DNA of 64,000 nt from Candidatus Danuiimicrobium aquiferis (GTDB lineage: Bacteria; Omnitrophota; Omnitrophia; Omnitrophales; Danuiimicrobiaceae). The DNA lies in contig MHFR01000013.1 of assembly GCA_001804285.1 (NCBI GenBank), positions 8,920 through 72,919 on the forward strand. Reading direction: 5' to 3'. Below are positions 1-10,137 of the stretch, in pieces. The first letter of the stretch is position 1. Each line of letters starts with the position of its first letter. The notes under the pieces were generated by a model that ran no database searches, was not told where the DNA came from, and saw nothing but the letters and a program-made list of their open reading frames with translations. The translations under genes and the position numbers were made by a program.

Positions 1-1
1 G

Positions 2-2737
2 ACAAAAAAGCCGTTTGTCATTGTGATTCCGCCGCCCAATGTGACGGGAATCCTTCACATGGGCCATGCACTCAATAACACGATTCAGGATATTTTAATT
101 CGTTGGAAGCGAATGCAGGGAGTTCCCGTGCTTTGGGTTCCGGGGGTGGATCATGCCGGAATTGCGACACAGAATGTGGTGGAAAAGAAACTGGCCAAAG
201 AAGGAAAAACACGCCAACAAATTGGCCGGGAAAAATTTATTGAATCCGTTTGGAAATGGAAAGAAGAATATGGTTCAACGATTGTTCGGCAGCTTCGCCG
301 CCTTGGTTCTTCTTGCGATTGGACTCGCGAACGCTTTACGATGGACGAAAAACTGTCGCGTGCTGTTCGGGAATCGTTTGTCAGCCTTTATGAAAAAGAT
401 TTAATTTATCGCGGTAATTATATTATCAATTGGTGTCCGCGCTGCCATACGGCGCTTTCCGATGAAGAAGCGGTTCATAAAGAAATTCAGGGCTTTTTCT
501 ATTACATCAAATATCCAATCGACCCCAAAACGCCGGTCCATGGGCAAGATCATATTCTCATTGCAACAACGCGGCCTGAAACCATGCTCGGAGATACGGC
601 TGTTGCGGTCAATCCGAACGATGAACGCTTTAAAACGTTTGCCGGAAAGAGAGTCATTCTTCCGCTAATGAACCGTTCGATTCCGATTATTCAGGATGAA
701 TTTGTCGATCCGGAATTCGGGACCGGCCTTGTCAAAGTCACGCCGGCTCATGATCCCAACGACTTTGCGATGGGGAACCGCCATCAGCTTGAGTTCGTGA
801 ATATTCTGAATCCGGACGGAACGATTAATGAAAATGGCGGCAACTATCGCGGCCTCGACCGGTTTGAAGCGCGAAAGCGAGTGATTGAAGATCTTGAAAA
901 AGCCGGGCTGTTTGTCGAAAAAAAGCCGCATATCCATGCCGTCGGCCACTGTTACCGTTGCCACACGATGGTGGAGCCATATCTTTCGAAGCAGTGGTTT
1001 GTCCGGATGAAGCCGCTTGCCGAACCCGCAATCAAAGCAGCGCAAGACGGCCGAATTCAATTCATTCCCGAACGTTGGACGAAAGTTTATCTCAACTGGC
1101 TTGAAAATATCCGCGATTGGTGTATCTCCCGTCAAATTTGGTGGGGGCATCAAATTCCGGTATGGTATTGCCATGAGTGTGAAAAGCGCGGGAAAGTACC
1201 TGATAATTTGTCATCCCCGAATGCTTCTGTCGGGGATATACAGACATGTCCGCCACAAATCGTTGGCGGATCCGCCTCTGGCGGAGATTCCCGCTTTCGC
1301 GGGAATGACAGTCGTGCAGCTTCTATCAATGCCGGAATTATTGTTAGTCGTCAGGATCCGACTCAATGCCCAACATGCGGAGACAAAAATCTTATTCGCG
1401 ATCCGGATGTCCTCGACACGTGGTTTAGTTCATGGCTATGGCCATTTTCAACGCTCGGCTGGCCGGAGAAAACAAAAGACCTTCAATATTTTTATCCGAC
1501 TTCGACGCTTGTAACAGCACCTGAAATTATTTTCTTCTGGGTGGCACGGATGATTATGGCTGGTTTTCAATTTATGGAGAAAGAGCCGTTTGATACCGTG
1601 TTGATTCATGGGACCGTGCGTGTTGAAGGCGGCCAGAAAATGTCAAAGTCTCTTGGAAACAGCATTGATCCGCTTGAAATTATTGAAGAGATGAGCGCGG
1701 ATGCGCTCCGGTTTTCGCTGATGATGCTCGGTGCGACGGATGTTTACCTTTCACGGCAGAAATTCGAGCAAGGGCGGAATTTTACGAATAAAATCTGGAA
1801 TGCATTTCGATTTTGCGTGAATAATTTAGCTGATTTTAAACCGGAAGATTTCCGGCCGCTCGAAAAGATGTATGCAAAGGAATTCTCTGTGATAGACAAG
1901 TGGATTCTAACTGAATTGCAGGATGCGGCTGAGGAAATTGATACACATCTGGAAGAATGTCGCTTGAGCGAAGCGGCAAATTCGGTTTATCACTTTTTCT
2001 GGCATTCATTTTGTGATTGGTATCTCGAGTTGGCAAAGCCGGTGTTGATGGGAAATCAAACAGCGGAGAGAAAGGTGGTCCAAAATATTCTTGTTCATGT
2101 GCTTGAAACAAGCATGAAACTTTTGCATCCGTTTATGCCATTTATTACGGAAGAGGTGTGGCAGCGTTTGAAAGAATTAATCGGCGGCGAATATTTTGCG
2201 AACGAGACGGTGATGCTGGCCCGGTGGCCGTTTGCGGATCAGCGAATCCGGTTCGAAAAAGAAGCCAACGCGGTGCGGCTTTTTCAAGAGGCGGTGGGCG
2301 GTGTTCGGGACCTTCGATCGCGCCTTGGATTGAAACCCGCGGAGGAATTGAATGAAGTGACGATTGTGGTGAAAAACCATGAGGCGGAAGAGGCGCTGCG
2401 GACATTCCAAAAAGAAATTTGCTTTTTAAACCGCATTAAACACTTGTCATTATTTCAAACATTTGAAAAAAAGAGCGGAATGGTCGGGAAAGTTTATTCC
2501 CATATAGAGATTTTCGTTTCCGGCCTTTCGGAATCTGACCTGAAGAGGGAAGGCGAGAAAATCCGAGAAAAGATTGCGGAACTGGAGAAGCATATTCAAT
2601 CGATTAATGATCGTTTAGGGAGTGAACAATTTATTTCTCGAGCCCCTGAAGAAATTGTTGAAAAAGAAAAAGAGAGAAAAGAGGATTTTGAGAAGCAACT
2701 GGAGTCGTATCGGGAAAATCTAACGTTGTTTGGGTAA
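2..2737 (+). CDS. valS: Valyl-tRNA ligase (5' partial; frame is open from the window start); carries an in-frame palindromic insertion at 1209-1310
   Basis: PPPNVTG..HMGH (HIGH motif), [18 protein letters not shown]-terminal coiled-coil arm. Confidence 0.98.
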   Translation, partial: TKKPFVIVIPPPNVTGILHMGHALNNTIQDILIRWKRMQGVPVLWVPGVDHAGIATQNVVEKKLAKEGKTRQQIGREKFIESVWKWKEEYGSTIVRQLRRLGSSCDWTRERFTMDEKLSRAVRESFVSLYEKDLIYRGNYIINWCPRCHTALSDEEAVHKEIQGFFYYIKYPIDPKTPVHGQDHILIATTRPETMLGDTAVAVNPNDERFKTFAGKRVILPLMNRSIPIIQDEFVDPEFGTGLVKVTPAHDPNDFAMGNRHQLEFVNILNPDGTINENGGNYRGLDRFEARKRVIEDLEKAGLFVEKKPHIHAVGHCYRCHTMVEPYLSKQWFVRMKPLAEPAIKAAQDGRIQFIPERWTKVYLNWLENIRDWCISRQIWWGHQIPVWYCHECEKRGKVPDNLSSPNASVGDIQTCPPQIVGGSASGGDSRFRGNDSRAASINAGIIVSRQDPTQCPTCGDKNLIRDPDVLDTWFSSWLWPFSTLGWPEKTKDLQYFYPTSTLVTAPEIIFFWVARMIMAGFQFMEKEPFDTVLIHGTVRVEGGQKMSKSLGNSIDPLEIIEEMSADALRFSLMMLGATDVYLSRQKFEQGRNFTNKIWNAFRFCVNNLADFKPEDFRPLEKMYAKEFSVIDKWILTELQDAAEEIDTHLEECRLSEAANSVYHFFWHSFCDWYLELAKPVLMGNQTAERKVVQNILVHVLETSMKLLHPFMPFITEEVWQRLKELIGGEYFANETVMLARWPFADQRIRFEKEANAVRLFQEAVGGVRDLRSRLGLKPAEELNEVTIVVKNHEAEEALRTFQKEICFLNRIKHLSLFQTFEKKSGMVGKVYSHIEIFVSGLSESDLKREGEKIREKIAELEKHIQSINDRLGSEQFISRAPEEIVEKEKERKEDFEKQLESYRENLTLFG
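1209..1310. repeat. REP-like palindromic doublet (family A) inside valS, with a nested family B element at 1249-1285
   Basis: TGTCATCCCCGA...TCGGGGAT left arm and GATTCCCGCTTTCGCGGGAATGACA right arm match the intergenic copies at 12621, 16395, 19505 and 22699. Confidence 0.9.
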
Positions 2738-2747
2738 ATGCAGAAAT

Positions 2748-2775
2748 GTAGGGGCAATTCATGAATTGCCCCTGC
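2748..2775. repeat. GTAG-type REP palindrome
   Basis: GTAGGGGCAATTCATGAATTGCCCCTGC; near-identical copy at 14394-14423. Confidence 0.9.
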
Positions 2776-2796
2776 TACTAAGCACAAAGGAATTCC

Positions 2797-3654
2797 ATGC
2801 TGATCATTTCAAGTAAACTCAACACATTAATTCGCGAAGCGCTCCGGGAAGATGTCGGAAAGGGCGACTTGACGACAAAGATTTTCGTTTCGCCGCGTCT
2901 TCGGGCAGAAGCTCATATTTTTGCGAAACAATCGGGTGTATTATGCGGGGAATCCGTTTTGAGAAATGTGTTTGCGCATGTCAATCCTCATCTGGAAATT
3001 TCGGTCCGGGTTAAAGACGGAGACCTTTTGCGTGAAGGGGAGGAAGTGTTTGTGATTCGCGGGTCCCTGCGATCGATCTTGATCGGAGAACGCGTAGCGC
3101 TTAATTTTATCAGTCATCTGTCCGGTGTTGCGACCTTGACGCGCAAATATGTCGAAAAAGTAAAAGGAACAAACGCTCAAATTTACGATACGAGAAAAAC
3201 AACGCCGCTTTGGCGCGAGCTCGAAAAATATGCAGTCCGTTCGGGCGGCGGGACGAATCACCGAATCGGCCTGGACGACCAGGTATTGATTAAGGAAAAT
3301 CATTGGCGTTCGATTACGAATGATAAAGTGATTAGGAGAAAAATCAACGAAGCAAAAAAGAAAAAATTCACCGAAATCGAAGTTCGTGATCTTAATGAGT
3401 TGAGGTGTGTGCTTCCTGCAAAGCCACATGCGATTTTGTTTGATAATTTTTCGCTGGGTAAATTAAAAGAAGGTGTTCAAATAGCCAAACGTTTTCATCC
3501 GACTCCGGTTCTTGAGGCGTCGGGCGGTGTATCACTTGAAAACGTTCGCGCGATCGCGAAAACGGGTGTTGACCGGATTTCGATCGGGGCATTAACTCAT
3601 TCTGCGCCCGCATTTGATTTTTCTCTTCTTGTCCGCGATATTCATTCCAAATAA
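2797..3654 (+). CDS. nadC: Nicotinate-nucleotide pyrophosphorylase (quinolinate phosphoribosyltransferase)
   Basis: ALREDVG.GDLTT, ERVALN, DTRKT, HRIGL, LIKENH, EASGG motifs. Confidence 0.96.
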   Translation: MLIISSKLNTLIREALREDVGKGDLTTKIFVSPRLRAEAHIFAKQSGVLCGESVLRNVFAHVNPHLEISVRVKDGDLLREGEEVFVIRGSLRSILIGERVALNFISHLSGVATLTRKYVEKVKGTNAQIYDTRKTTPLWRELEKYAVRSGGGTNHRIGLDDQVLIKENHWRSITNDKVIRRKINEAKKKKFTEIEVRDLNELRCVLPAKPHAILFDNFSLGKLKEGVQIAKRFHPTPVLEASGGVSLENVRAIAKTGVDRISIGALTHSAPAFDFSLLVRDIHSK

Positions 3655-3661
3655 CTTTGTA

Positions 3662-3794
3662 CTTCTCCCCCTTGATGGGGGAGTCCTCCTAACAAGCTGG
3701 CGGATCCGCCGTCCTGTTGGGCGGAGAAAAAGGTGGGGGTGAAATAATGTTCCACCCCGCATCCTTGCCTTCCCCCGCAAAGGAGGGGAAGGAG
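3662..3794. repeat. CCCCTC/GAGGGG-type palindromic doublet (family C) with a nested 42-bp family B element at 3684-3725
   Basis: CTTCTCCCCCTTGATGGGGGAG..AGGTGGGGGTGA and CACCCCGCATCC..CTTCCCC..GGGGAAGGAG arms; related hairpin at 28605-28650. Confidence 0.8.
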
Positions 3795-3806
3795 TTTTGA
3801 GGTGAT

Positions 3807-5843
3807 ATGTCTCTTTTTAAATTGACCACTAACATGACGCCTTGCGGAGATCAGCCCAAGGCCATTGAAAAACTTTTCCGAGGGTTAAAAGAGGGGCTCA
3901 AAGAACAAGTCCTGATCGGTGTGACCGGTTCCGGAAAAACCTTTACGATGGCGAATGTGATTGCCCGTTGGGGAAAACCCGTGCTGGTCATTTCTCACAA
4001 CAAGACACTTGCCGCGCAGCTTTATAGTGAATTTAAAGAATTCTTTCCGGAAAACGCAGTGGAATATTTTGTTTCCTATTACGATTATTACCAGCCTGAA
4101 GCCTATATTCCTCACACGGATACGTATATTGAAAAGGATGCTTCCATTAATGATGATTTGGACCGCCTCAGGCTTGCCGCAACGAGTTCGGTTCTATCAC
4201 GCCAGGATGTGATTATTGTTTCCAGCGTTTCCTGTATTTACGGGTTGGGTTCGCCCGAGGAATGGCGGGGGATGTTGCTCCAAATCAAAGTGAATCAATC
4301 TATAATCCGCGACCAATTTTTATCGCAGTTGATTGGTATTCAATACGAACGGGCGGACACCGATTTAAAACGTGGCGCGTTTCGTGTGAGAGGTAATGTC
4401 ATCGACCTTTTTCCTTCCTATGGGGAACAGCCGTACCGGATTTATTTTTCGGGAGACCGGATTTCGGAAATCAAACTGATGGATCCCGTCGGAAGAAAAG
4501 AAATTGGAACTCTCGGCAAGTTTGCCATTTATCCGGCAAAACATTTTGTCAGTTCGACTGAAAATATCGAGCGTGCTATGAAATCGATTCAAATCGAATT
4601 AGCCGAACGGGTGAAAGAATTAGTGAGCCAGGGAAAAGATCTCGAAGCGAAACGGCTGGAGTCGCGGACGCGTTATGATCTTGAAATGCTCCGGGAGGTC
4701 GGATATACCGCCGGGGTTGAAAACTATTCCCGCCATTTGGCCGGCCGCGCGCCGGGTTCAAAACCGTATACGCTTCTTGACTATTTTCCAAAAGATTTTT
4801 TGATGATCATTGATGAGTCGCATCAAACGATTCCGCAGATTCGAGGGATGTATGCCGGCGACCAGTCGCGAAAGAAAATATTGGTTGAACACGGTTTCCG
4901 TTTGCCGTCGGCGCTCGACAACCGTCCGCTCAATTTTGGTGAATTTGAGCAAATGATGGGGCAGATGGTTTATGTTTCCGCGACGCCGTCTGAATATGAA
5001 ATGAAACACGCGAGCCAAGCCGTTGAACAAGTCATTCGCCCGACGGGGCTTTTAGACCCCGCAGTTGAAGTCAAACCAACGGAAGGTCAAATCGACGATT
5101 TGATTGAACAAATTAAGGTGCGGGCTCAAAAGAATGAACGTACGCTCGTGACAACGCTCACCAAGCGGATGGCGGAAGATCTAAGCCGGTATTTAAAAGA
5201 AGTCGGAATTAAAGTGAATTACCTTCATTCGGAATTTGACGCGTTTGAACGGGTCGAGATTTTGCGGGATTTTCGAATGAAAAAATATGACTGCATTGTG
5301 GGAATTAATCTGCTTCGCGAAGGCCTTGATCTTCCGGAAGTCTCGCTGGTTGCTATTTTGGATGCGGATAAAGAAGGGTTCCTCCGGAGCGATGTTTCGC
5401 TCATTCAAACGATGGGACGGGCGGCACGCCACCTGAATGGCGCTGTGATCATGTACGCCGATCAGATGACCGATTCCATGAAGACGGCAATTCATGAGAC
5501 GCGCCGTCGCCGTGCGATTCAGGAAGAGTTTAATCGCCGGAACGGCATTACGCCGCAGTCGATCAGAAAAGAAATTAAATTGGGAATTGAACGTTGGCGC
5601 GCGGCGGAAGAAATAGTTGAAAGCGTGGTTGGTGAGTCGAAAGCTGAATACGAGGTGAAATCGCATATCGCTTATTTATACGACCGGATGGTTCGCGCTT
5701 CGAGCGCGCTTGATTTCGAAAAAGCCGTCCGTCTTCGGGATGAAATCCGACGGCTTGAAGAGGAACATGGTTTGGAAAAAGGAACGATGTTGAAGCCTGC
5801 GAAGAAAGAGCATCGTTTCAAACGGTCTAAAAAGGCTCAATGA
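3807..5843 (+). CDS. uvrB: Excinuclease ABC subunit B
   Basis: [22 protein letters not shown] beta-hairpin, [22 protein letters not shown]-terminal UVR domain. Confidence 0.99.
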   Translation: MSLFKLTTNMTPCGDQPKAIEKLFRGLKEGLKEQVLIGVTGSGKTFTMANVIARWGKPVLVISHNKTLAAQLYSEFKEFFPENAVEYFVSYYDYYQPEAYIPHTDTYIEKDASINDDLDRLRLAATSSVLSRQDVIIVSSVSCIYGLGSPEEWRGMLLQIKVNQSIIRDQFLSQLIGIQYERADTDLKRGAFRVRGNVIDLFPSYGEQPYRIYFSGDRISEIKLMDPVGRKEIGTLGKFAIYPAKHFVSSTENIERAMKSIQIELAERVKELVSQGKDLEAKRLESRTRYDLEMLREVGYTAGVENYSRHLAGRAPGSKPYTLLDYFPKDFLMIIDESHQTIPQIRGMYAGDQSRKKILVEHGFRLPSALDNRPLNFGEFEQMMGQMVYVSATPSEYEMKHASQAVEQVIRPTGLLDPAVEVKPTEGQIDDLIEQIKVRAQKNERTLVTTLTKRMAEDLSRYLKEVGIKVNYLHSEFDAFERVEILRDFRMKKYDCIVGINLLREGLDLPEVSLVAILDADKEGFLRSDVSLIQTMGRAARHLNGAVIMYADQMTDSMKTAIHETRRRRAIQEEFNRRNGITPQSIRKEIKLGIERWRAAEEIVESVVGESKAEYEVKSHIAYLYDRMVRASSALDFEKAVRLRDEIRRLEEEHGLEKGTMLKPAKKEHRFKRSKKAQ

Positions 5844-5968
5844 CTAAATTCCAATGACCAGATCCCAATGACGCAAAGAAATCTCAAAATTTCAACTTCC
5901 AATATTTTGAATTTTAAGTTTTTTTGGAAATTCCTTGGTCATTGGGATTTGGTCATTGGTCATTTAGT
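5839..5968. repeat. Inverted array of heptamer-periodic repeats (family D)
   Basis: AATGACT AAATTCC AATGACC AGATCCC AATGAC ... GGTCATT GGGATTT GGTCATT GGTCATT; second copy at 20784-20943. Confidence 0.85.
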
Positions 5969-5991
5969 ACATCATTCACGGCCCAAACGAT

Positions 5992-6020
5992 TTGACATTG
6001 CCAGATGATGGCGGTATGAT
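5992..6020 (+). promoter_or_regulatory. Sigma70-type promoter
   Basis: TTGACA-N17-TATGAT upstream of an SD and the ATG at 6061. Confidence 0.7.
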
Positions 6021-6060
6021 ACGCGCCGTCAGATCAAAGAGGAGAAAGGTTCTATAAAGG

Positions 6061-6708
6061 ATGGCCGATCCGATAAAAGTATTTGATGATTTAAAAATCA
6101 TTGGAGTGATTCGAACCAGCGATCATGGTGATGCTGAAACGGTGGCGAAGAGTTTAATTGACGGGGGCGTTCGGATTATTGAAATCACCTCACATGTTCC
6201 TCAGGCGGCGAAGCTCATCGAGAGCCTTTCTAAACAACCCGATCTTTATGTGGGTTTTGGGTCCGCAACCGACGGCGAAACCGCATTCCGCGCAATCAAT
6301 GCCGGTGCAAAATTTATCAGCAGTCATTATACGGATAAGAATATTATCGCGATTTGCAAGAACCACGATATTACGCTGATCCAGGGCGCGGCGACCATCA
6401 ATGAAGTGATGCAAGCGTTTGAGCTCGGTGTTGATTTGATTAAAATTTATCCTGCCAGTTTTCTCGGGGGCGTGCCGTATATCCGGCGCATCCGGCGTTC
6501 GTTTCCGTTTTTAAAACTTGTTCCTTCGGGCGATGTGAATTTGGAAACGTTTCCGGAATATTTGCGCGCCGGCGCCGTTGCCTGCGAGATCGGAAATGCG
6601 ATTTGTGACCGGAGTCATATCCGTCTGCATCAATGGAATGAAATCACCAATGCCGCCAAGGCGTTTGTCCAGAAAGTCGAAACCCTCAAAGTTGCCCGCT
6701 CGTCATAA
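6061..6708 (+). CDS. KDPG/KHG aldolase family protein (Eda-like, divergent)
   Basis: IIGVIR, GGVRIIEIT, AINAGAKF, LIKIYPA (Schiff-base Lys) pattern. Confidence 0.8.
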   Translation: MADPIKVFDDLKIIGVIRTSDHGDAETVAKSLIDGGVRIIEITSHVPQAAKLIESLSKQPDLYVGFGSATDGETAFRAINAGAKFISSHYTDKNIIAICKNHDITLIQGAATINEVMQAFELGVDLIKIYPASFLGGVPYIRRIRRSFPFLKLVPSGDVNLETFPEYLRAGAVACEIGNAICDRSHIRLHQWNEITNAAKAFVQKVETLKVARSS

Positions 6709-6796
6709 AGAGATTTCTAACTCAAACGGCCTTCCTAAAATGTTTTAATATGCACGGTTAAGGTTGTAAGATTCTCGAATTATTTTCCTCCTGAAT

Positions 6797-6825
6797 TTGC
6801 AGCTCGATTCTTTATCAGGTATCCT
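6797..6825 (+). promoter_or_regulatory. Possible sigma70-type promoter
   Basis: TTGCAG-N17-TATCCT ahead of the GTG at 6851. Confidence 0.45.
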
Positions 6826-6850
6826 TTTTTTAGAAACCTAAAGGCGAGCG

Positions 6851-8959
6851 GTGAAATTCATCTCATTTGATTCAAGTGTCTGCCAGAATTTCGAAAAAAC
6901 ACTTCATAAAGAGTGGCTCGAAATTAATTGTTTCGGAAGCTACGCATCTTCAACGCTTTGCGGTGCGAATACCCGCCGACAACACGGCCTTTTTGTTCCC
7001 GCGCTTTCGCCGCCATTAAAGCATCGTGTGCTTCTTCATAATCTGGATGAACGCCTCATGCTTGCGGACAACGCATATTCTTTATCAACTCATGTTTACG
7101 CGAATACGGTTTTTCCGGAAGGATATCAATATCTCGAAGAGTTTTTTATGTTTCCATATCCGACGTGGATTTTCCGCATTGAAGATATCGTGCTTGCGAA
7201 AAGCGTGATTTTTCTCCATGAAGAACAAACGGTATTTATCCGGTATCAGATTGTTTCCGGAGATGCCGATTGGGTGCGTTTGGAATTAAAACCCTTGACG
7301 GCATTCCGTCCGTATCCGGTTCACGAAGTCGGAAGTTATCTCGTTTATTCCAAAATGGATATTTCACACGGAACAATTGCGATGGGCTCTTCCGTTGATG
7401 AAGCCAAATTGTTTTTATATCACAATGCGGCAATTATTGATCAAACCGGGACATGGTATAAAAAAATTCATTATCCCGAGGACCGGCAGTGCGGCCTTGA
7501 GTTTGAAGAAAATTTGTATGCGCCGTGCCGGTTGGTTTACACGTTTGTTCGCGGTGGAACGGTTTTTTTATGTGCATCATTAAATAAAAAAACATCATTT
7601 GATCCGGCGATGCTGATTGCCCGCGAAGAAGAAAGGCGAATGCAACTTTTAAATCAAATTCCTGCGACGGATGATTGTTTCCGCTTGCTGGCCTATTCCG
7701 CCGAGTCGCTGGTTATGCATAACCAATCAGCGATTCATGAACCGGGTGCGCGAAAAGGAAAGAGTGCGGCGCATGTTTTGATTCCCGAACAGATGGTTTT
7801 GACCAATTATCCCAATCCGGAAATGAAAATCCGGGATTTATTGATTGGTTTTCACGGTCTTTTTTTAACGCGTGGGCAGCTCAATCCGGCGAGGCAAGTT
7901 CTATCCTATTTAGCTTCTCTGGTTGATGATGGTCTTCTGCCAAAAAGAATCACGGACGAATTTGAGCCGGTTGAATTTAATGCGGTGGACTTGCCACTCT
8001 GGTTTATTCACGTCTGTTATGAGTATTTCCGCTATTTCAATGATCGCGAAACAGTATCAAAAATCATTTTTCCGGTTCTTGAATCTATCGTGAAAGAATT
8101 TGTCAAAGGGACTCGTTTTAATATTCAAATGACGCGCGACGGCCTGATTTCATGCCGGGATGAAGATTCTGAACTTACGTGGATGGATTTTAAACTGGGT
8201 GATTTTGTGATTACGCCTCGCCCCGGAATGGCGGTGGAAATCCAAGCGCTTTGGTACAATGCCCTATGTGAGATGGCGGTGATGGCTGAGGTGTTTGAAT
8301 CAGCCGATTCACAGAAGAAATATGTGGTATTGGCGAAACAAGCAAAGAAGGTATTCAATCAAGCATTCTGGTTTGACATTCCGAAAGGGAATAAACACGT
8401 CCAGGCCGGCGGATATTTATTGGACACAATTTTTGAAAAAAAGAAATCCAATGTGCTCCGTCCGAATCAAATTTTGGCGTTGGGGTTGCCGTTCCCCATT
8501 TTGGATGAAAATATTGCAAATTGGAAATCTGTGGTGGACGTTGTAAAGCAGCATCTCTTAACGCCTGTGGGACTTCGGACGCTTGCGCCGTTTGAAGAAG
8601 GATATCAACGCAAACACAACGGTAGCGAGTTTCAGCGGGCCTATTCCTGTTTCCAAGGAACCGTCCGGCCGTGGCTTCTTGTGCCGTATGTTATTGCCGC
8701 AATTCGTGTTGAAGGAAATACAAAAGCGATCAAAGAGGAATTGGCGAGTTATTTTAAGCCGTTTTGCGAACAGGTGATGACCAGAGGCCTGGGTTTTATT
8801 TCAGAAAGCTTTGACGGCGAGCCGCCTCATGAAGCGCGCGGCGCTTTGGCCGCCGCGTCCAGTTTAGGTGCCTGCCTCGAACTCCAGGAAATCCTGAAAA
8901 ACCATTCCTGCAATCCCAACCGCGCCTACGACCTATCTCTCATTCAGCTGAAGAGTTAG
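6851..8959 (+). CDS. Glycogen debranching enzyme / amylo-alpha-1,6-glucosidase family protein (divergent)
   Basis: EWLEIN..GSYASST..GANTRRQHGL N-domain; LTWMD, AVEIQALWYNAL, RPNQ, LLTPVGLRTL, ISESFDG. Confidence 0.85.
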   Translation: MKFISFDSSVCQNFEKTLHKEWLEINCFGSYASSTLCGANTRRQHGLFVPALSPPLKHRVLLHNLDERLMLADNAYSLSTHVYANTVFPEGYQYLEEFFMFPYPTWIFRIEDIVLAKSVIFLHEEQTVFIRYQIVSGDADWVRLELKPLTAFRPYPVHEVGSYLVYSKMDISHGTIAMGSSVDEAKLFLYHNAAIIDQTGTWYKKIHYPEDRQCGLEFEENLYAPCRLVYTFVRGGTVFLCASLNKKTSFDPAMLIAREEERRMQLLNQIPATDDCFRLLAYSAESLVMHNQSAIHEPGARKGKSAAHVLIPEQMVLTNYPNPEMKIRDLLIGFHGLFLTRGQLNPARQVLSYLASLVDDGLLPKRITDEFEPVEFNAVDLPLWFIHVCYEYFRYFNDRETVSKIIFPVLESIVKEFVKGTRFNIQMTRDGLISCRDEDSELTWMDFKLGDFVITPRPGMAVEIQALWYNALCEMAVMAEVFESADSQKKYVVLAKQAKKVFNQAFWFDIPKGNKHVQAGGYLLDTIFEKKKSNVLRPNQILALGLPFPILDENIANWKSVVDVVKQHLLTPVGLRTLAPFEEGYQRKHNGSEFQRAYSCFQGTVRPWLLVPYVIAAIRVEGNTKAIKEELASYFKPFCEQVMTRGLGFISESFDGEPPHEARGALAAASSLGACLELQEILKNHSCNPNRAYDLSLIQLKS

Positions 8960-9061
8960 CCCGGATTTCCCATCAGTTAATAAGAAATTCCGCTTTGGGC
9001 GCAATTGGTTGCACCCAAAGCGACTTTCTCAGTGATGCAAAAAACCGATGAGAAAGTCGGG
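8960..9061. mobile_element. Putative 102-bp MITE
   Basis: Imperfect 19-bp TIRs (15/19), flanked by TTAG direct repeats (8956-8959, 9062-9065); internal hairpin 8991-9022. Confidence 0.6.
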
Positions 9062-9116
9062 TTAGATGCCTAAGCAACTTTTTCTTTCCGAACTTATTTT
9101 TACAGCTTAGACATGT

Positions 9117-9145
9117 TTGACAATAAAAGGCTTTGTTGATACAAT
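9117..9145 (+). promoter_or_regulatory. Consensus-like sigma70 promoter with extended -10
   Basis: TTGACA-N17-TACAAT with TGn immediately before the -10. Confidence 0.75.
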
Positions 9146-9297
9146 TAAGTCGTGTTTTCATCATAAGTTACGAAGTTTTTATATTAGAGTAAGGAATTTG
9201 GATTAAAAATTGCGAATTCTCCCCGCATGCAGTTTTATTTTCCTCATGAATTGCCGGGACAATTCGCGTTTTTAGTCTTTAACCCTAAATAAAAAAC

Positions 9298-10098
9298 ATG
9301 ATTAAGAAGACCGCAATTGTATTTGTTTTATCGTTGATTATTCTCTTAACTTCTTACCGGTTAGCTTCCGCAACCTTTTTTGGAGAAGTGGAAACGGGCC
9401 TTCATCATAATGAAGAAGACCGGTATGGTTTTTCGTATTATATTCCCAAGAATTATTCTTCCGACCGGTTATGGCCGCTTATGATTGCACTTCATGACAG
9501 CGGTGGAAAAGGAAAGGACTATATTCAGGCGTGGATTGATTATGCCGAACAGCGCGGTGTCATTCTCCTGTGTCCGACTTATCAGGAGCCGCGGGAAGTT
9601 TCGTATGATATTGATAAACGGTTGCTGAATTTAATTACGGACTTGAAATCCAGATATGAAGTATATCCCTCACGGATTTGGATTGTAGGTTCCGGTTTCG
9701 GCGGGCATTATGGATTTTATTTGGGAACAAAGTATCCGAAGGAGTTTACCGCATCTGCCTCGATCGGAAATGGGTTGGAAGGAATATTGTCGAAAGTGTT
9801 TAATCTTTCTTATGCGGAAGTGAATAAAGTACCGGCGCTTGTGATCGTTGCTGCTGGCAGTTTTGCGTCTCAGAAAGACAGTCAGGCAAAACTGGAAGAG
9901 TTAAAGTCACAGGGTTATTCTGTTGAAGTGGTTGAGATGGACAACTTAGACCGGGCGCAACCGGCTGATATTTATCCTTATATTTTTGATTGGTTTATCC
10001 AAACCGCAAAACTCAGAGAAAAAGGAAAATCTGTTCGGTCCGGTGTGGTTAAGGAAAAGTTTCTCGAGTGGGTTGACGGATTGTTTCAAACGGAATAG
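9298..10098 (+). CDS. Secreted alpha/beta-hydrolase-fold (esterase/PHB depolymerase-like) protein, probably non-catalytic
   Basis: Signal peptide; YIPKNY...PLMIALH, RIWIVGSGFGG (Gly at the nucleophile position). Confidence 0.7.
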   Translation: MIKKTAIVFVLSLIILLTSYRLASATFFGEVETGLHHNEEDRYGFSYYIPKNYSSDRLWPLMIALHDSGGKGKDYIQAWIDYAEQRGVILLCPTYQEPREVSYDIDKRLLNLITDLKSRYEVYPSRIWIVGSGFGGHYGFYLGTKYPKEFTASASIGNGLEGILSKVFNLSYAEVNKVPALVIVAAGSFASQKDSQAKLEELKSQGYSVEVVEMDNLDRAQPADIYPYIFDWFIQTAKLREKGKSVRSGVVKEKFLEWVDGLFQTE

Positions 10099-10137
10099 TG
10101 GCACTTGAATAAAGTCAAAAGATCGGGTTCGCTTACG

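Noticed and set aside
3592-3780. 62-aa minus-strand ORF
   Set aside because: It reads through the family C/B repeat; spurious.
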